DNA from: a virus
Direction: 5' to 3' (one strand)
IMG/VR virus record: IMGVR_UViG_3300014208_000005
Span: 1 to 64,000 of that record
DNA length: 64,000 nt
Below the pieces are notes generated by a model, which saw only the letters and a list, made by a program, of their open reading frames with translations, was not told the origin of the DNA and made no database searches. This document shows positions 1 through 11,200 of the stretch, piece after piece; the first letter of the stretch is position 1, and each line of letters starts with the position of its first letter. A program made the position numbers and the translations under genes.

Positions 1-13
1 AAGCCCAGCAGGA

Positions 14-760
14 ATGTATTACTACGATGCTGTTAACAATAGGATAAATATCCTTAACGAAGAACAAAGCTCTCCTGTAAGTGAGCTAAAGGGCTTTAGC
101 AGCTATCTGAAGCAGATGGGTCTTACCGGAATCCGCAAGACAGATTCCTCGTTAACCGGATTAGGTGTTCATGGAGTTTATGACTCAAGATTTAATCGTC
201 TTATCTGGACATTTAATGATCATGGTTATGCTGATGAGTTCACAATTTCTTACAATGAACTATTACAGGCGTTTGAATCGTTTTATTCATTTAAGCCTCA
301 GCAGTATTTAAAGTTTGACGACTTTATTTATTCAACAGACCCATCAGATAAGTCTCTATGTTACCTCCACAATGCTGGTAACTATGGAGAGTTCTATGGC
401 AATTACTATGATTCAGAGATAGAGATTCTTGTGAATAAGGATCCTTACAGAGTTAAAGCTTTTACTAATCTTGAATATGTTTTAAACACAATCCCAGAAG
501 CTAATAGAAATTTTGAGACTTTACGTGTTTACAACAACTACCAAGATACTGGATCAATAGCATTAACAAGTTCTAACACTAATAAAAGAATGAGACAACA
601 TAGAATTACTATTGGTCGTAATAATAATAGTGATGCTGTGTCAGATAGAATTAGGAGTGAGTATGCTTTAGCCAGATTGTCTTATGACAATTTTGCGTTA
701 CCTAACTTGAAATTTTCAATTTCTAATATTGTAACATATTATATGTCAAATAGTTTGTAG
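14..760 (+). CDS. C-terminal part of crAss-like tail protein (tail stabilization/nozzle-type); gene probably starts before the window
   Basis: Beta-rich Y/N/D-rich sequence (GVYDSRFNRLIWTF, TISYNELLQAFESFYSFKP, NYGEFYG) directly before the cargo/RNAP genes, as in crAss-like gene order. Confidence 0.6.
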   Translation: MYYYDAVNNRINILNEEQSSPVSELKGFSSYLKQMGLTGIRKTDSSLTGLGVHGVYDSRFNRLIWTFNDHGYADEFTISYNELLQAFESFYSFKPQQYLKFDDFIYSTDPSDKSLCYLHNAGNYGEFYGNYYDSEIEILVNKDPYRVKAFTNLEYVLNTIPEANRNFETLRVYNNYQDTGSIALTSSNTNKRMRQHRITIGRNNNSDAVSDRIRSEYALARLSYDNFALPNLKFSISNIVTYYMSNSL

Positions 761-788
761 CCCTTCTTGAATTAATACCTTATTTTCC

Positions 789-819
789 TTGCAGAAACTT
801 CTAAAATTCACTATCTTTG
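789..819 (+). promoter_or_regulatory. Bacteroidota primary-sigma promoter (-33 TTG / -7 TAnnTTTG)
   Basis: TTGcagaaacttctaaaattcacTATCTTTG; same spacing as four other copies. Confidence 0.75.
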
Positions 820-856
820 TTTTTTGGAAGTTTTTCCTGTTAATACCAATTTAAAA

Positions 857-1942
857 ATGAGAAAAAAGAATTATCCATACCGAATGATTTACGGAATGCC
901 AATGTTTGAATACGGCGGAAGTTACTTCGGAAATTATGGAAACAATACTGTTGATGATCCTACTACCATTACTAAGATGCAACCTAAGAAAGCTGGAATA
1001 ATTCCATCAGGAACTCCTGCTCCACAGACCATGAATAAGATAGATCCTAGTCAGGATACTTATGGAATTCTTAGTGGAGGTAATAGTAACATTTCAAATA
1101 ATGGTTATGTCAATCAAGGACTTAACTTAGCAACTGGATTAGTCAATTCTTTTGCACAACAGAATGCATCTAAAGGAAATGTTGCTATGCAGAATAGTGG
1201 AACTCAGCAAGCTGTTGATATGGTTGCAGGATCAGTTGTTCCAGGATACAATCTGCTGTCAGGAATTGGTAAATGGGCACAAGGTGATTATGCTGTCGTA
1301 AACAACGACTCTAATTCCGTTGATTATGGGATGCTTGCAGATAAAGACAAATACAACTTCGCAAGTACTGCATCAGGATTCATGGGTCCGAACAACCTAA
1401 TATCAGGTATTTCTGGAGATGGATGGACTGCTTCACAAAGGGCTGAACATATTGAAGGGAAATACAAAGATCAGCGTAATGCTAATAGGAACAGATTAAA
1501 TGCTCAAAATAGGCAACGTGATATTAATCAAGGTTTAGGAAGTAGGTTTTGGGATCAGAATCAAACTATGATGCAGGCTGCTTACGGCGGAGCATTACCA
1601 GTATTAGGAGAAAGCTATGCTGATGGAGGATATCTCGATAGATACGGAGCATCACGCCAAGATCTTCCCCAGATAACTAATTACAATTCAGGACATTCGT
1701 TGTTGGAAGATGGTGGAGAATTAGAACAACAACCACAAGTAAAGGGTTCAATGATCACGAAATACAATGAGGGTGGTACTCATCAGGAAAATCCTAATGG
1801 TGGAGTTCCTGTTGATTCAAGAGGTAATAAATCTGTAACAAGTAATGCTAGACCTATCGCCAGTACTGAGGAAGGGGAGCTTAGTTATTTTAGTAAGAAG
1901 AATGGAAAGTCGTTTGTATTCTCCAATAAAATTTTTGTGTAA
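857..1942 (+). CDS. Putative virion cargo/ejection protein, G/N/Q-rich, with repeated xxxGG motifs
   Basis: ORF track 824..1942; ATG at 857 preferred because it lies downstream of the promoter; FEYGG, AAYGG, YADGG, LEDGG, YNEGG, HQENPNGG motifs. Confidence 0.6.
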   Translation: MRKKNYPYRMIYGMPMFEYGGSYFGNYGNNTVDDPTTITKMQPKKAGIIPSGTPAPQTMNKIDPSQDTYGILSGGNSNISNNGYVNQGLNLATGLVNSFAQQNASKGNVAMQNSGTQQAVDMVAGSVVPGYNLLSGIGKWAQGDYAVVNNDSNSVDYGMLADKDKYNFASTASGFMGPNNLISGISGDGWTASQRAEHIEGKYKDQRNANRNRLNAQNRQRDINQGLGSRFWDQNQTMMQAAYGGALPVLGESYADGGYLDRYGASRQDLPQITNYNSGHSLLEDGGELEQQPQVKGSMITKYNEGGTHQENPNGGVPVDSRGNKSVTSNARPIASTEEGELSYFSKKNGKSFVFSNKIFV

Positions 1943-3291
1943 TGAAAAGACAATCTAAAAGAAGTTATGCCGATCAGGCAAAATTCATAGTCCGCAAGTT
2001 CAAGAAACGTTTGGGAGAAAACTTTGAACGTTCTGATCCGATGGCTGAAAAAGAAATGCAGCGTCAGCTAGATGAACTGGCTGAACGTCAGGAAGAAGCA
2101 AAGCAAAGAATAACTGAACAGCAATTCCAAGAAATGCCTGATCAAATGGCTTACGGCGGATGTTTACCAAAAATGTGGGCCGGTGGTGATGTTTATGTTG
2201 ACATGTTAAAAAATCAATCTGAATTTGTTCAACCATTGCCGAATACTATTGAGAATTACAATCCTTATTTCAATCAACGTGCTGCCAGCTATGATAGAAA
2301 CAATAATGATCTAGTATCAATGTCATTAATCAGAGCAAATTCTGGGTTTATTCCAAGGCAAGCAAATAGATATCTTAGGGGTGTGCAGAATTCTGGAAAT
2401 GGTTACAATCTAACTGCAGATCAATTTAGTAATTCTGATGGAGCACAAAAGATGCCAATTATTCAACCAAACATTAACTCTCAAAATACATCTCTAACTT
2501 CTCCTTACAAAGTTGGTAATAATATTCCAGACGATCCTCAACAGCAAGAACAGTCTTGGTGGTCACAAATTCCAACTGAAACTAAAATTGGTGCTGGAAT
2601 TCAAGCTGCTGGAGCAATTGGTGGATTAGCGATGAGTGCATTTAACAAACCAAAGAAATCAACATTCAATCCAGTAGCTGCACCCAAACCTAAGTTCATT
2701 GATAATGATGAACAATTGGCTCAAGCTACAAGAGCTTACAGGGGGAGAATGTCAGATATGCGTTATTTATCTCCGTCACAATACATGGCTGCGATGGGTA
2801 GCATGGCCGCTCAGGAAGCTGCTACAAAGGCAGGCATTGTTGAAAATACCGCTAACACTAATGCTGGAATTGAGAATCAATTTGGTTGGCAAAAAGCTGC
2901 TTTACAGCAAGCGAATGAGCAAGGTCGTTTAGGAGTTGAACAATACAATAATGCTAATGAGCAAGGTTACTTGGGAAATATTTCGCAAGGCTTATCTAAC
3001 ATCAGCAATGTTGGTGCTGGATTTATGAAAGACGAATTATCAAGAAAAGCACAGCAGGATGCATTAGGTTTTCAAACTCAACCTGGTTATGGAATTACTT
3101 GGGTTGGAAACAGACCGATTAGAACTGTAATGCCAGCTCCTGGATTTGAGTATTACACACATCCTAAGACTGGTAATAAAACGTGGATGATAAATGGTCA
3201 ACCTGTTGATCCTAAAGAATACAATGCTAAGTTAAAAGAATATTGGGATACTCACAGATACGAGGAAACTAACCCTAAAGAAAAGAAGTAA
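1942..3291 (+). CDS. Putative virion cargo/ejection protein
   Basis: 449 aa, Q/N/A-rich, hydrophobic G/A segment IGAGIQAAGAIGGLAMSAF; MAYGG and MWAGG motifs; translationally coupled. Confidence 0.6.
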   Translation: MKRQSKRSYADQAKFIVRKFKKRLGENFERSDPMAEKEMQRQLDELAERQEEAKQRITEQQFQEMPDQMAYGGCLPKMWAGGDVYVDMLKNQSEFVQPLPNTIENYNPYFNQRAASYDRNNNDLVSMSLIRANSGFIPRQANRYLRGVQNSGNGYNLTADQFSNSDGAQKMPIIQPNINSQNTSLTSPYKVGNNIPDDPQQQEQSWWSQIPTETKIGAGIQAAGAIGGLAMSAFNKPKKSTFNPVAAPKPKFIDNDEQLAQATRAYRGRMSDMRYLSPSQYMAAMGSMAAQEAATKAGIVENTANTNAGIENQFGWQKAALQQANEQGRLGVEQYNNANEQGYLGNISQGLSNISNVGAGFMKDELSRKAQQDALGFQTQPGYGITWVGNRPIRTVMPAPGFEYYTHPKTGNKTWMINGQPVDPKEYNAKLKEYWDTHRYEETNPKEKK

Positions 3292-3292
3292 T

Positions 3293-5296
3293 ATGTACCA
3301 ATTACAACCTACACAATATCAGTCGATGTTCAGCCCGCTGGACATTGGAGCAATTTCTCAAGGATTAAGAGAAAGTCAGCAACGATCAGATGCTGCTAGT
3401 CAAGCATGGGCGCAAACTTCCTCAGGGTATTACGACGATTCTACTTACGATCCTGCGATGAAAGAAAAATTCATGCAGAATCTTAATGAGCAATACGATA
3501 AATTAAGGACTAGTTATTCAGGAGACCTCGGAGCCGCAACCTCAGATTTGATGGGGTTGATTGGTGGTTCCAGGAGAGATCCTTACTTAAACCTTAATAA
3601 GGTAGCCTTAGAGAAGCAGAAAGAACGTGATGCTCTTAAGAAACAATTCGGTGCGAAAGCGTTAGTCTTTAGTGATCTTAAGAAGGGTCTTACAGATGAA
3701 GAAGGTAATTGGAGGAAACAAGATGACTTTAATTACGAAGTTGTTCAAGACCTTGAGAGAGATAAAAAGTTAGCAACAATAATTGATCAGTCTTTGAAGA
3801 AGGTTTCCAGAGAAGGTGGTCTTTACAATGATCCTCGTTATCCTGGAATTTTAACAAGAAAGACTGAATTCAGTGAGGGAATGTTACAGAAGAAAAATGA
3901 AACTATCTATCAGGAATATTTGGACACACCTGAAGGACAACTACATTTGAGGATTCTTAAGGATTTAAATAAAGATAAAAATCCAGAAGCATCATTAAAA
4001 GCTTATGTTGATAATGCAATATCTAATAGGGTTTCACCAATAAGCATTTCTTATCAAGACACTCATTTGCCCAGAGAAACAAGAGGAAGCGGTAATACAT
4101 TTAACCCAAATGTTTATTCTCCACTAAAGTCAACTCAAGCACAAACAATTAAATCTTCTGTTTTCAAGTCAGTTGAGGATGTTAGAACTAATGCTTTAAG
4201 TAAAAATGCAGAGCCTGAAATTAAAGAATATTCAAATTACTTGATAACTAAAGTAAAGAACGACTCAGAATTAACTAATATTAAAAAGATAATTGATTAC
4301 ACAGCAAAACAATTAGGGATGAGTGTTGCTGGAACTACTGGTAATCTAGAATTAGAAGGAGTTGGTAAAAGTAAATCTCTTGAAGGTAATAAAACTTATG
4401 GATACACAACACCAGAAGGTGTTTATGTAGCTCCAGATAATTCTAATGTTGAAAAAGCAGATCCTGTTAGAAGTGCAAGAGTTTCTAATTTAATTAAAGA
4501 TATTAAAAGATACAATGATATTTTTAATAATAAATTAACTGAAAATCTTCCTCATAATGTTATTGATGACTTTGAAACATTAGATCCTAGTAAGGGAGTT
4601 GATGCTGATAATACACGAGACTTAAATACTCAAGTTATTGCACTTAACGGATTAATAAAAAAATACCATTCTTCCGATTTTACTTATTTAACCGGACCTT
4701 ATTCAGAACCATCAGTTATTGGGAACATTAAAAAGAAGCTTAAAAAGCAAGATAAAAATTTTAATGATGAGGATTTAAAAGCATTTGAAGATTCTGGATT
4801 TGAGTACTCTGGGCATTCAGTTAATGGTGATAGATTTAAAATGATTTTGAAAGATAAGTTTGGAAGAGAACATCAAATCACTCCTAACAGTGCTGAGGCG
4901 GCTATTTCGTTAGCGGAATCTACTAAGGACATTAGAGCAGAAAGGGTTGCTGTTGGAAGTACTATTGATTTTGTTCCTAATAGCAATAAGTATTTTGCTA
5001 TGAGAAATGGAACTATGGAGCCAATTGAATTTCCAAAAGGACTTACTGTTAATGGAAATGAAGGTGCTTATCAGATAATGGTTAAAGACAAACCAGTAAG
5101 CATTGAAACTTATGTCAATTATTTGAATTCAATAGGACAACCAGAAGAAGTAATCAATAATTATTTAAGAGCAGTGTCGCAGTATTACTCAGATGGAGAT
5201 ATCAATAGTTTAAGTAAAAAGGCAGCCTTAATGCGTGACGATTATGATGTGTTTAAATTCCTTGAAAATAATAGAGTAATAAATCTTTCCCGCTAA
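3293..5296 (+). CDS. Putative virion cargo protein preceding the RNAP
   Basis: 667 aa; N-terminus YQSMFSPLD; position immediately before the giant RNAP gene. Confidence 0.55.
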   Translation: MYQLQPTQYQSMFSPLDIGAISQGLRESQQRSDAASQAWAQTSSGYYDDSTYDPAMKEKFMQNLNEQYDKLRTSYSGDLGAATSDLMGLIGGSRRDPYLNLNKVALEKQKERDALKKQFGAKALVFSDLKKGLTDEEGNWRKQDDFNYEVVQDLERDKKLATIIDQSLKKVSREGGLYNDPRYPGILTRKTEFSEGMLQKKNETIYQEYLDTPEGQLHLRILKDLNKDKNPEASLKAYVDNAISNRVSPISISYQDTHLPRETRGSGNTFNPNVYSPLKSTQAQTIKSSVFKSVEDVRTNALSKNAEPEIKEYSNYLITKVKNDSELTNIKKIIDYTAKQLGMSVAGTTGNLELEGVGKSKSLEGNKTYGYTTPEGVYVAPDNSNVEKADPVRSARVSNLIKDIKRYNDIFNNKLTENLPHNVIDDFETLDPSKGVDADNTRDLNTQVIALNGLIKKYHSSDFTYLTGPYSEPSVIGNIKKKLKKQDKNFNDEDLKAFEDSGFEYSGHSVNGDRFKMILKDKFGREHQITPNSAEAAISLAESTKDIRAERVAVGSTIDFVPNSNKYFAMRNGTMEPIEFPKGLTVNGNEGAYQIMVKDKPVSIETYVNYLNSIGQPEEVINNYLRAVSQYYSDGDINSLSKKAALMRDDYDVFKFLENNRVINLSR

Positions 5297-8200
5297 TGAC
5301 TAAAGATTTTAATAGTTATTTAACAGAACAAATAGATCCCATTACTGGAGTTGCTAAAGTTAAGCCTACACATTTACTTTACGACCAGCCTTTTAGTTTT
5401 AATGAGCCATTACAACGTAGTGCTACTCCAGATCTAGAATCTTATCAACCTTACTGGGGTGACCAAGCTGTTCCGTCTGACGATTTTGTAAATTTAGAAG
5501 ATGAGAGAGCAAAACGTCAATCGGCATCAGAAATTTGGTTAAGGTCAGCAAAGAATATGGGTCTCTATGCAGGCACTACATTCCTTGATAATATTGTTGG
5601 GACGGTCGTTGGCTTAGGAAATCTTGCTGTGGGAGGTGATGACAATAAGACTTCATTAGATGACTTCACAATGAATCCATTTACAGAATGGATGGTAAAG
5701 TTACAGAAAGATTATGAAGCACCTGTTTACAGGACGAGAGAAGAAGCAAACAATGTTTGGAGTGGAGTTGTACCTTTCTCGGAAGGTTCTTCTAAGTTTT
5801 GGGGAGACATGGTTCTTAAGAACTTTGGTTTCACATTAGGTTCAGTTGCTGCTGGTGTTCTTACCGGAGGTGCTTTAATGTCTGGAGCTAAAGGATTAGT
5901 TGGTAAACTTGGTAAAGGTTTAGTTGGACAATTAACTAAAAGCGGAAAAACAATTGAGTCAATTGAAGAAGGAATTGCTGCTGTTAAAGCTGGACAGATT
6001 TCAGCGTCGCAGCTTACAGGAGATTTATTAAAGTCTTACAAATCATTAAAGAATTATTCTACAGTTGCACAGATTGTTGGTTCAGTTGCAGGCTCTGCTG
6101 CTGAAGCTAGATTTGAAGCTGTTAACGCCGCTAATCAATACAAAGAACAAGAATTTCAAAAATATGATGAGCAATGGATGCAATCTTTGCCCTCTGTTCA
6201 ACAGCAAGAAGAAGCAGCTCTCGCTGCGAGTAATCCTGAATTGTTTGAATTAGCACCTACAGGTGATGGATCATTCACACGTGTTTTAAAACCTGAAGGT
6301 CAAGGAGCATTAGAACAAAGGATTAAATACCGTTATGATTCTGGAAAAACCAAAATCGAGGAATCTGCAAAGGGTGTTGGTAATCTTACTTGGGGTCTTA
6401 ATATGGCAATCTTAAGTGCAAGTAATTTTGCACAGTTTAGGAACGCCTTTACGGGAGGATTCAAAACAGCTAAGACTGCTAAGAATGTCACTGGGTCAAT
6501 AGAAGAAGGATTTAATGTTGTTAAACCTACAACACGTATTGGTAAAATAGGCAAGGGATTACAGACCACAGGTAAAGCATTCAGGAATGTCCTTACAGAG
6601 GGTGAAGAAGAGCAACTTCAGCAGTTTGCTTCCACAGACTCTCAATCATTCTACTCAAGACAGATGGATCCTAATGCAGGAGAAACTGTTGATAACTTCA
6701 TTAATGGATTCAATGATGGAGCTAAAGAAGCTTGGGGTTCTGCCAGTGGTTGGCAGCAATTCTTTGTTGGAGGTATTACTGGTTTAGCTGGAACTCCTAC
6801 GTTAGGGACAACTAGCAAAGGGAAGACCGGAGTAGTGTGGGCTGGTGGAGCATGGGGAGATTACAAACAGAATAGAGATTTAAAGAAACAAACTGATAAA
6901 GCTGTTAAAGCTGTCAATGATGCTATTGCTACACCGGAATTCAAGAAAATGTACTCTGCAGCAGTTCGTCATACTTCCTATGAGATTGATAAAAACACTG
7001 CTTTAGAAAATGAAGATCCGTTTGGCTACAAGAATGCTGACTTTAATCAGTTAGTTAATTCCGTTGATGCTTTCCAGAAAATTGGGAAACTTGACGATTT
7101 GTTGGATGTGTTTAAAGGAATGAAGTCTGCTTCTGAAGAAGAGATTGTAACATTGTTTCCACATTTAAAAGGTAAGACGTCAGACGATATTCGTGAGTTT
7201 GTTAATGAGCGTTCTGACAAGATGGTTAAAACCATTAATAACATTGCTAAGCTTAAAGAAGCTGTTGATGGACGTTTTACTTCTGCACCTCAGAATGTGA
7301 AAGATGAGTTGTTGCATTACTCCGCGACAATCAATGATGTTGAAGAACGTCAAAAAGAAATAGTAAATGATTTGTCGGATTTTATTGGTTCAGACGACAT
7401 CAACGACAAAGAAGGTCGGAAAAATATTAAGAAAGCAATCGAAGAAAAAACTGTTGCTGATCCTAGGAAAGATGAGTATTCACAAAAACTAAATGACTAT
7501 TCAAAATTAGCAAAAAGAAAAGAAGACTTTGTTGAACTTTACAAGAAGTATTCTACTGAAGAAGGACAACAAACTTTAGATAAGAAGTTATCGAAAGAAG
7601 AAAAGAAAGCTGTTCAAACAGCTGAAGATATGTTGTTTTCAGTTAATGACGACAAGCTAATTAAGAGAAAGTCAGATGATAAAGTTTTTAAGCTTAAGGT
7701 TAATAAAGAAACTAAAGAGAGAGAATTACATGAGGTTGATGAGCTAGGTGAAATAGTCAAGGACTCTGAACCTGAAGTATTTTCAGCTGAAGAGTTTAGG
7801 ATGAATAAGTTAATGGATGAGTTTGATCCTCATAAGATTGACGAAGTCAATCCTTTCTCAGAAGTTTCAAGTGAAGAAGTTGAAGAGCCTGAAGTTTTAT
7901 CACAACCAGAGGAACCTGTAATTCCGGAAGAAGTCGTTGAAGAAACTTTAACACAACCAGAAGAAACAATTGAAGAACCAAAACCAGTAAGAACTCCAAA
8001 ACACAATAAAGGAAGTCGTACTTCAGAAAGTGTTTTTACAACGTTAGCTGGGTCTGAATTATCAGGACCACTTGAAGACTTACCAACTTACAATGAAGCA
8101 TTACAGTGGGGTGAAGAACGTGCTGTTAGCACAGATCCAGATGTTCAACGCTATTACAACTGGGTTCGTAATAGTAAAATAGCAGACGAAGGTTACAAAG

Positions 8201-11200
8201 GACGTGTGCTTACAGGTGAAGAATTATTTGGTGCACAATGGAATGATAGACTAAGGAAAGCCTCACAAGAAGTAATGCAACGTGCTGAAGAAGAAGGTGT
8301 TGAAATTACGCTTGAAGAAGTAATGCGCTTGCTTTCTGAAACATTGTACGTTGCTGTTACTAAAGACGGTCAATATGTGACTGAGGACGGAACGACTGAT
8401 GTTATTGATTCTAATAAACTGCTGTACACAACATTACCAACACCTAAGTTAGAAAATCTTTTAGGAAGAACTAAAGTTAAAGCCTCGGAAGACCCTGAAA
8501 ATCTAAAAAGAGCGCAGGAAGCTTATCAACCTATTTACAATGAAATTAAAAAGCGTAAGCAAAATTTATCTGATGTAGTAACTGTAACAATTCCAGGTAA
8601 AACAACTGGAGTTCAGAATTATGGGTTTGAGGAGAGGAATCTTAGGATTGCTTTAGATGATCATAAAGTTGAATTACAGGTAATTACAAATGAGAGTGGA
8701 ACTGTAACGTTTACTCAAACTAATACTAATGATGTCGTTCAGGCAACATTTGCAGGTAAAATTGGAAGACCTGTTGCTTTAGATTTAGAAAATCACAACG
8801 CTTATTTGCTTACGGGATTACCTTTGTCGGATGAAACAAAACAGTTAGTAATTGACTTGTTTAATCTTTACATCATTCAGAAAGAGCGTCTTGGAACTGG
8901 AAGAGCTGATACTGCTTTAAAAAATAAAGAAGGAGTTCCAATTGGAGTTGGCATTCTTGAGTATTTACAATTCCTACTTGGTAATCAATTCATTACGGAT
9001 TGGAAATTCTTTACACCAAAAGGAAGATACGGAGACTTTTTATTAATTAAAGATTTACAAGGCAACTCTCAGGAAATTAAAGTCAATACAATCGTTAAAG
9101 ACTCCGCAGGCAACTATGTAACAACGTTAAGCGAAGATAAAATAACGTTTAACGGACGTGAGTTTAATGGATTTGAGGATTTCATCACACAAATAATGAA
9201 CGAGTGGAAGAATCCTGTTAATTCTAATAAGCTTAATCACGACTTTGATTCTGAAGAGCAGAGAAGAGTTTCTGGTTACAAACCATTATTGGTTGTTAAG
9301 TCAATAGATTTAGCCAATGCAAGTGTTGAAATTGATGATCAATACAACAGACCTTACGGCTATCACGATTACTTGTTAAACAAAGAAAACCCAAAGATAG
9401 TATTAGATATTAATCCTAATAAACAACGTGCTTATCAAGAGACAAACAACCCTAAACGTTCTATTCTTAAGTTTAATCAGAACTTAAGATTTGAGTACGA
9501 TAGGATTGATGAGGTTAAAACAAATGAAGATACTACTGTCGAAGAATTTGCTGGAAACCGTCGTGCAACACATCTTGTAACAACAGAGGAAGACATTGCA
9601 GAAAGACGGTTATGGTTTGTAAAAACTTATCCTACTGTTCCTTTAGGAGTTATTGAGGGTTTAATTGATGGTAACAATTGGGGACAGTTTAAAAATGGTG
9701 CAGTCGTAGTTTCTAGACATGCAGAAGTTGGGACTGTTTATCATGAGGCTTGGCACGTAGTCACACATCTTTATTTAACGCCTGAGCAAATTCAAAAGCT
9801 TTACGACGAGTACGCTGAGAAGAACAATATTGTTAAGGAAGCGTGGTTTACTGAAGATGGGCGATTAACTCAAGCTGGAGTAAAGATTGAAGAGGCTTTG
9901 GCTGATGAATTTATGGATTACAAATTGGGTAAGCCTAGCGGTTTGCTTAAGAGCCGTAAACAGCAATCATTCTTTCATGAACTCTGGGATTTTATTAAAA
10001 AGTTCTTAGGATTTAAGCAAGATGAAATTGCAGACATTTTTAGGAAAATTGACAAAGGGTATTATGCCAACAAGAAACAAGTCATAGGTATTGCAGGGAA
10101 AAGTAATAGGGTTAATAAAGGATTAGGTTTAACAGAGGCGCAAGCAATTCAGTTAAATCGTTCTTTAACTTCAATTGTAATGTCTTTCATCTTTGATCCA
10201 GCATTTCCTCAAAGAGTTTCTTCTTTATTTTCAGCAGAACCTAATCCAGAAGTATTAAAAGGTGCTTACGATTATGCTAAGAAATACATTAAGAGTGTTG
10301 CAGACAAGAACCCAAATGTCTCTGTAGTTCTTAATGAAATCTTAACAGAAGAGAAATTCAAAATTGCGAGAGAAGAACATGCGAAGTTCTTAGAGAAGAC
10401 TTTAGGATTAGAAGTTACAAATGAGGAGTCTGAAACTCAGAATGATAAGATGCAATTAACTAAAGAAAGTGGTCTTAAAAAGTCATTCAAAGATAGTATT
10501 CCTCGTAACATGAAACTATTGTTAAGCAGCCTTACATCTTTGCAGAAGAACGCTGATGGTCAGTTGGCTGTGAAACCTAATGATTTAAGCTTACCAGAAG
10601 TAATGGACTTTGGTCTGTTATTCAATGTCTTAGGCAATAAACTCGCTGGGTCTGATAGTTTGGAGATGATGGTTGAGCGCTTACAGGATCCAAAGTTAAT
10701 GGAAAGCTATCCTGAGGTTGATAGGCTACTTAAGCGTTTAGCATTAGTTAGTGGAAGTGTTCCTACAGATGCTACAATGCAGTTACAGGAAGAATTCTTC
10801 CAAGCATTCTCTCGTAATTATTACGAATACCAGATGGACATTATCAACAAAGGAACTGATATTGTTTCGTTTGATGCTACTGCTAACAAGATTGCTCAGA
10901 GAACAAAGGATGCTTGGTCTAACAACATCGGCAAAATAAAGGCAGACTTCGATAAATTTTACACAAAGCCAAACGAAGAAGGTGAATCTTTTTATGATTC
11001 TAAAGCCTTCCTTAAAGCTTTTCCTGTAATAACTAAGGAAAATGTATTTGAGTTTTTAAGTAAGATTGGAATTACTTACAGCGATGATAACAAGAATGTT
11101 CTAAAACTTCTGAATGAAAAGCCTGGAGATTTTGCTTATTTTTTAAAGCAAGTTACAGCAATTCACAATCAGATTATTAAAGGTAAGGAAGGCAAGTACC

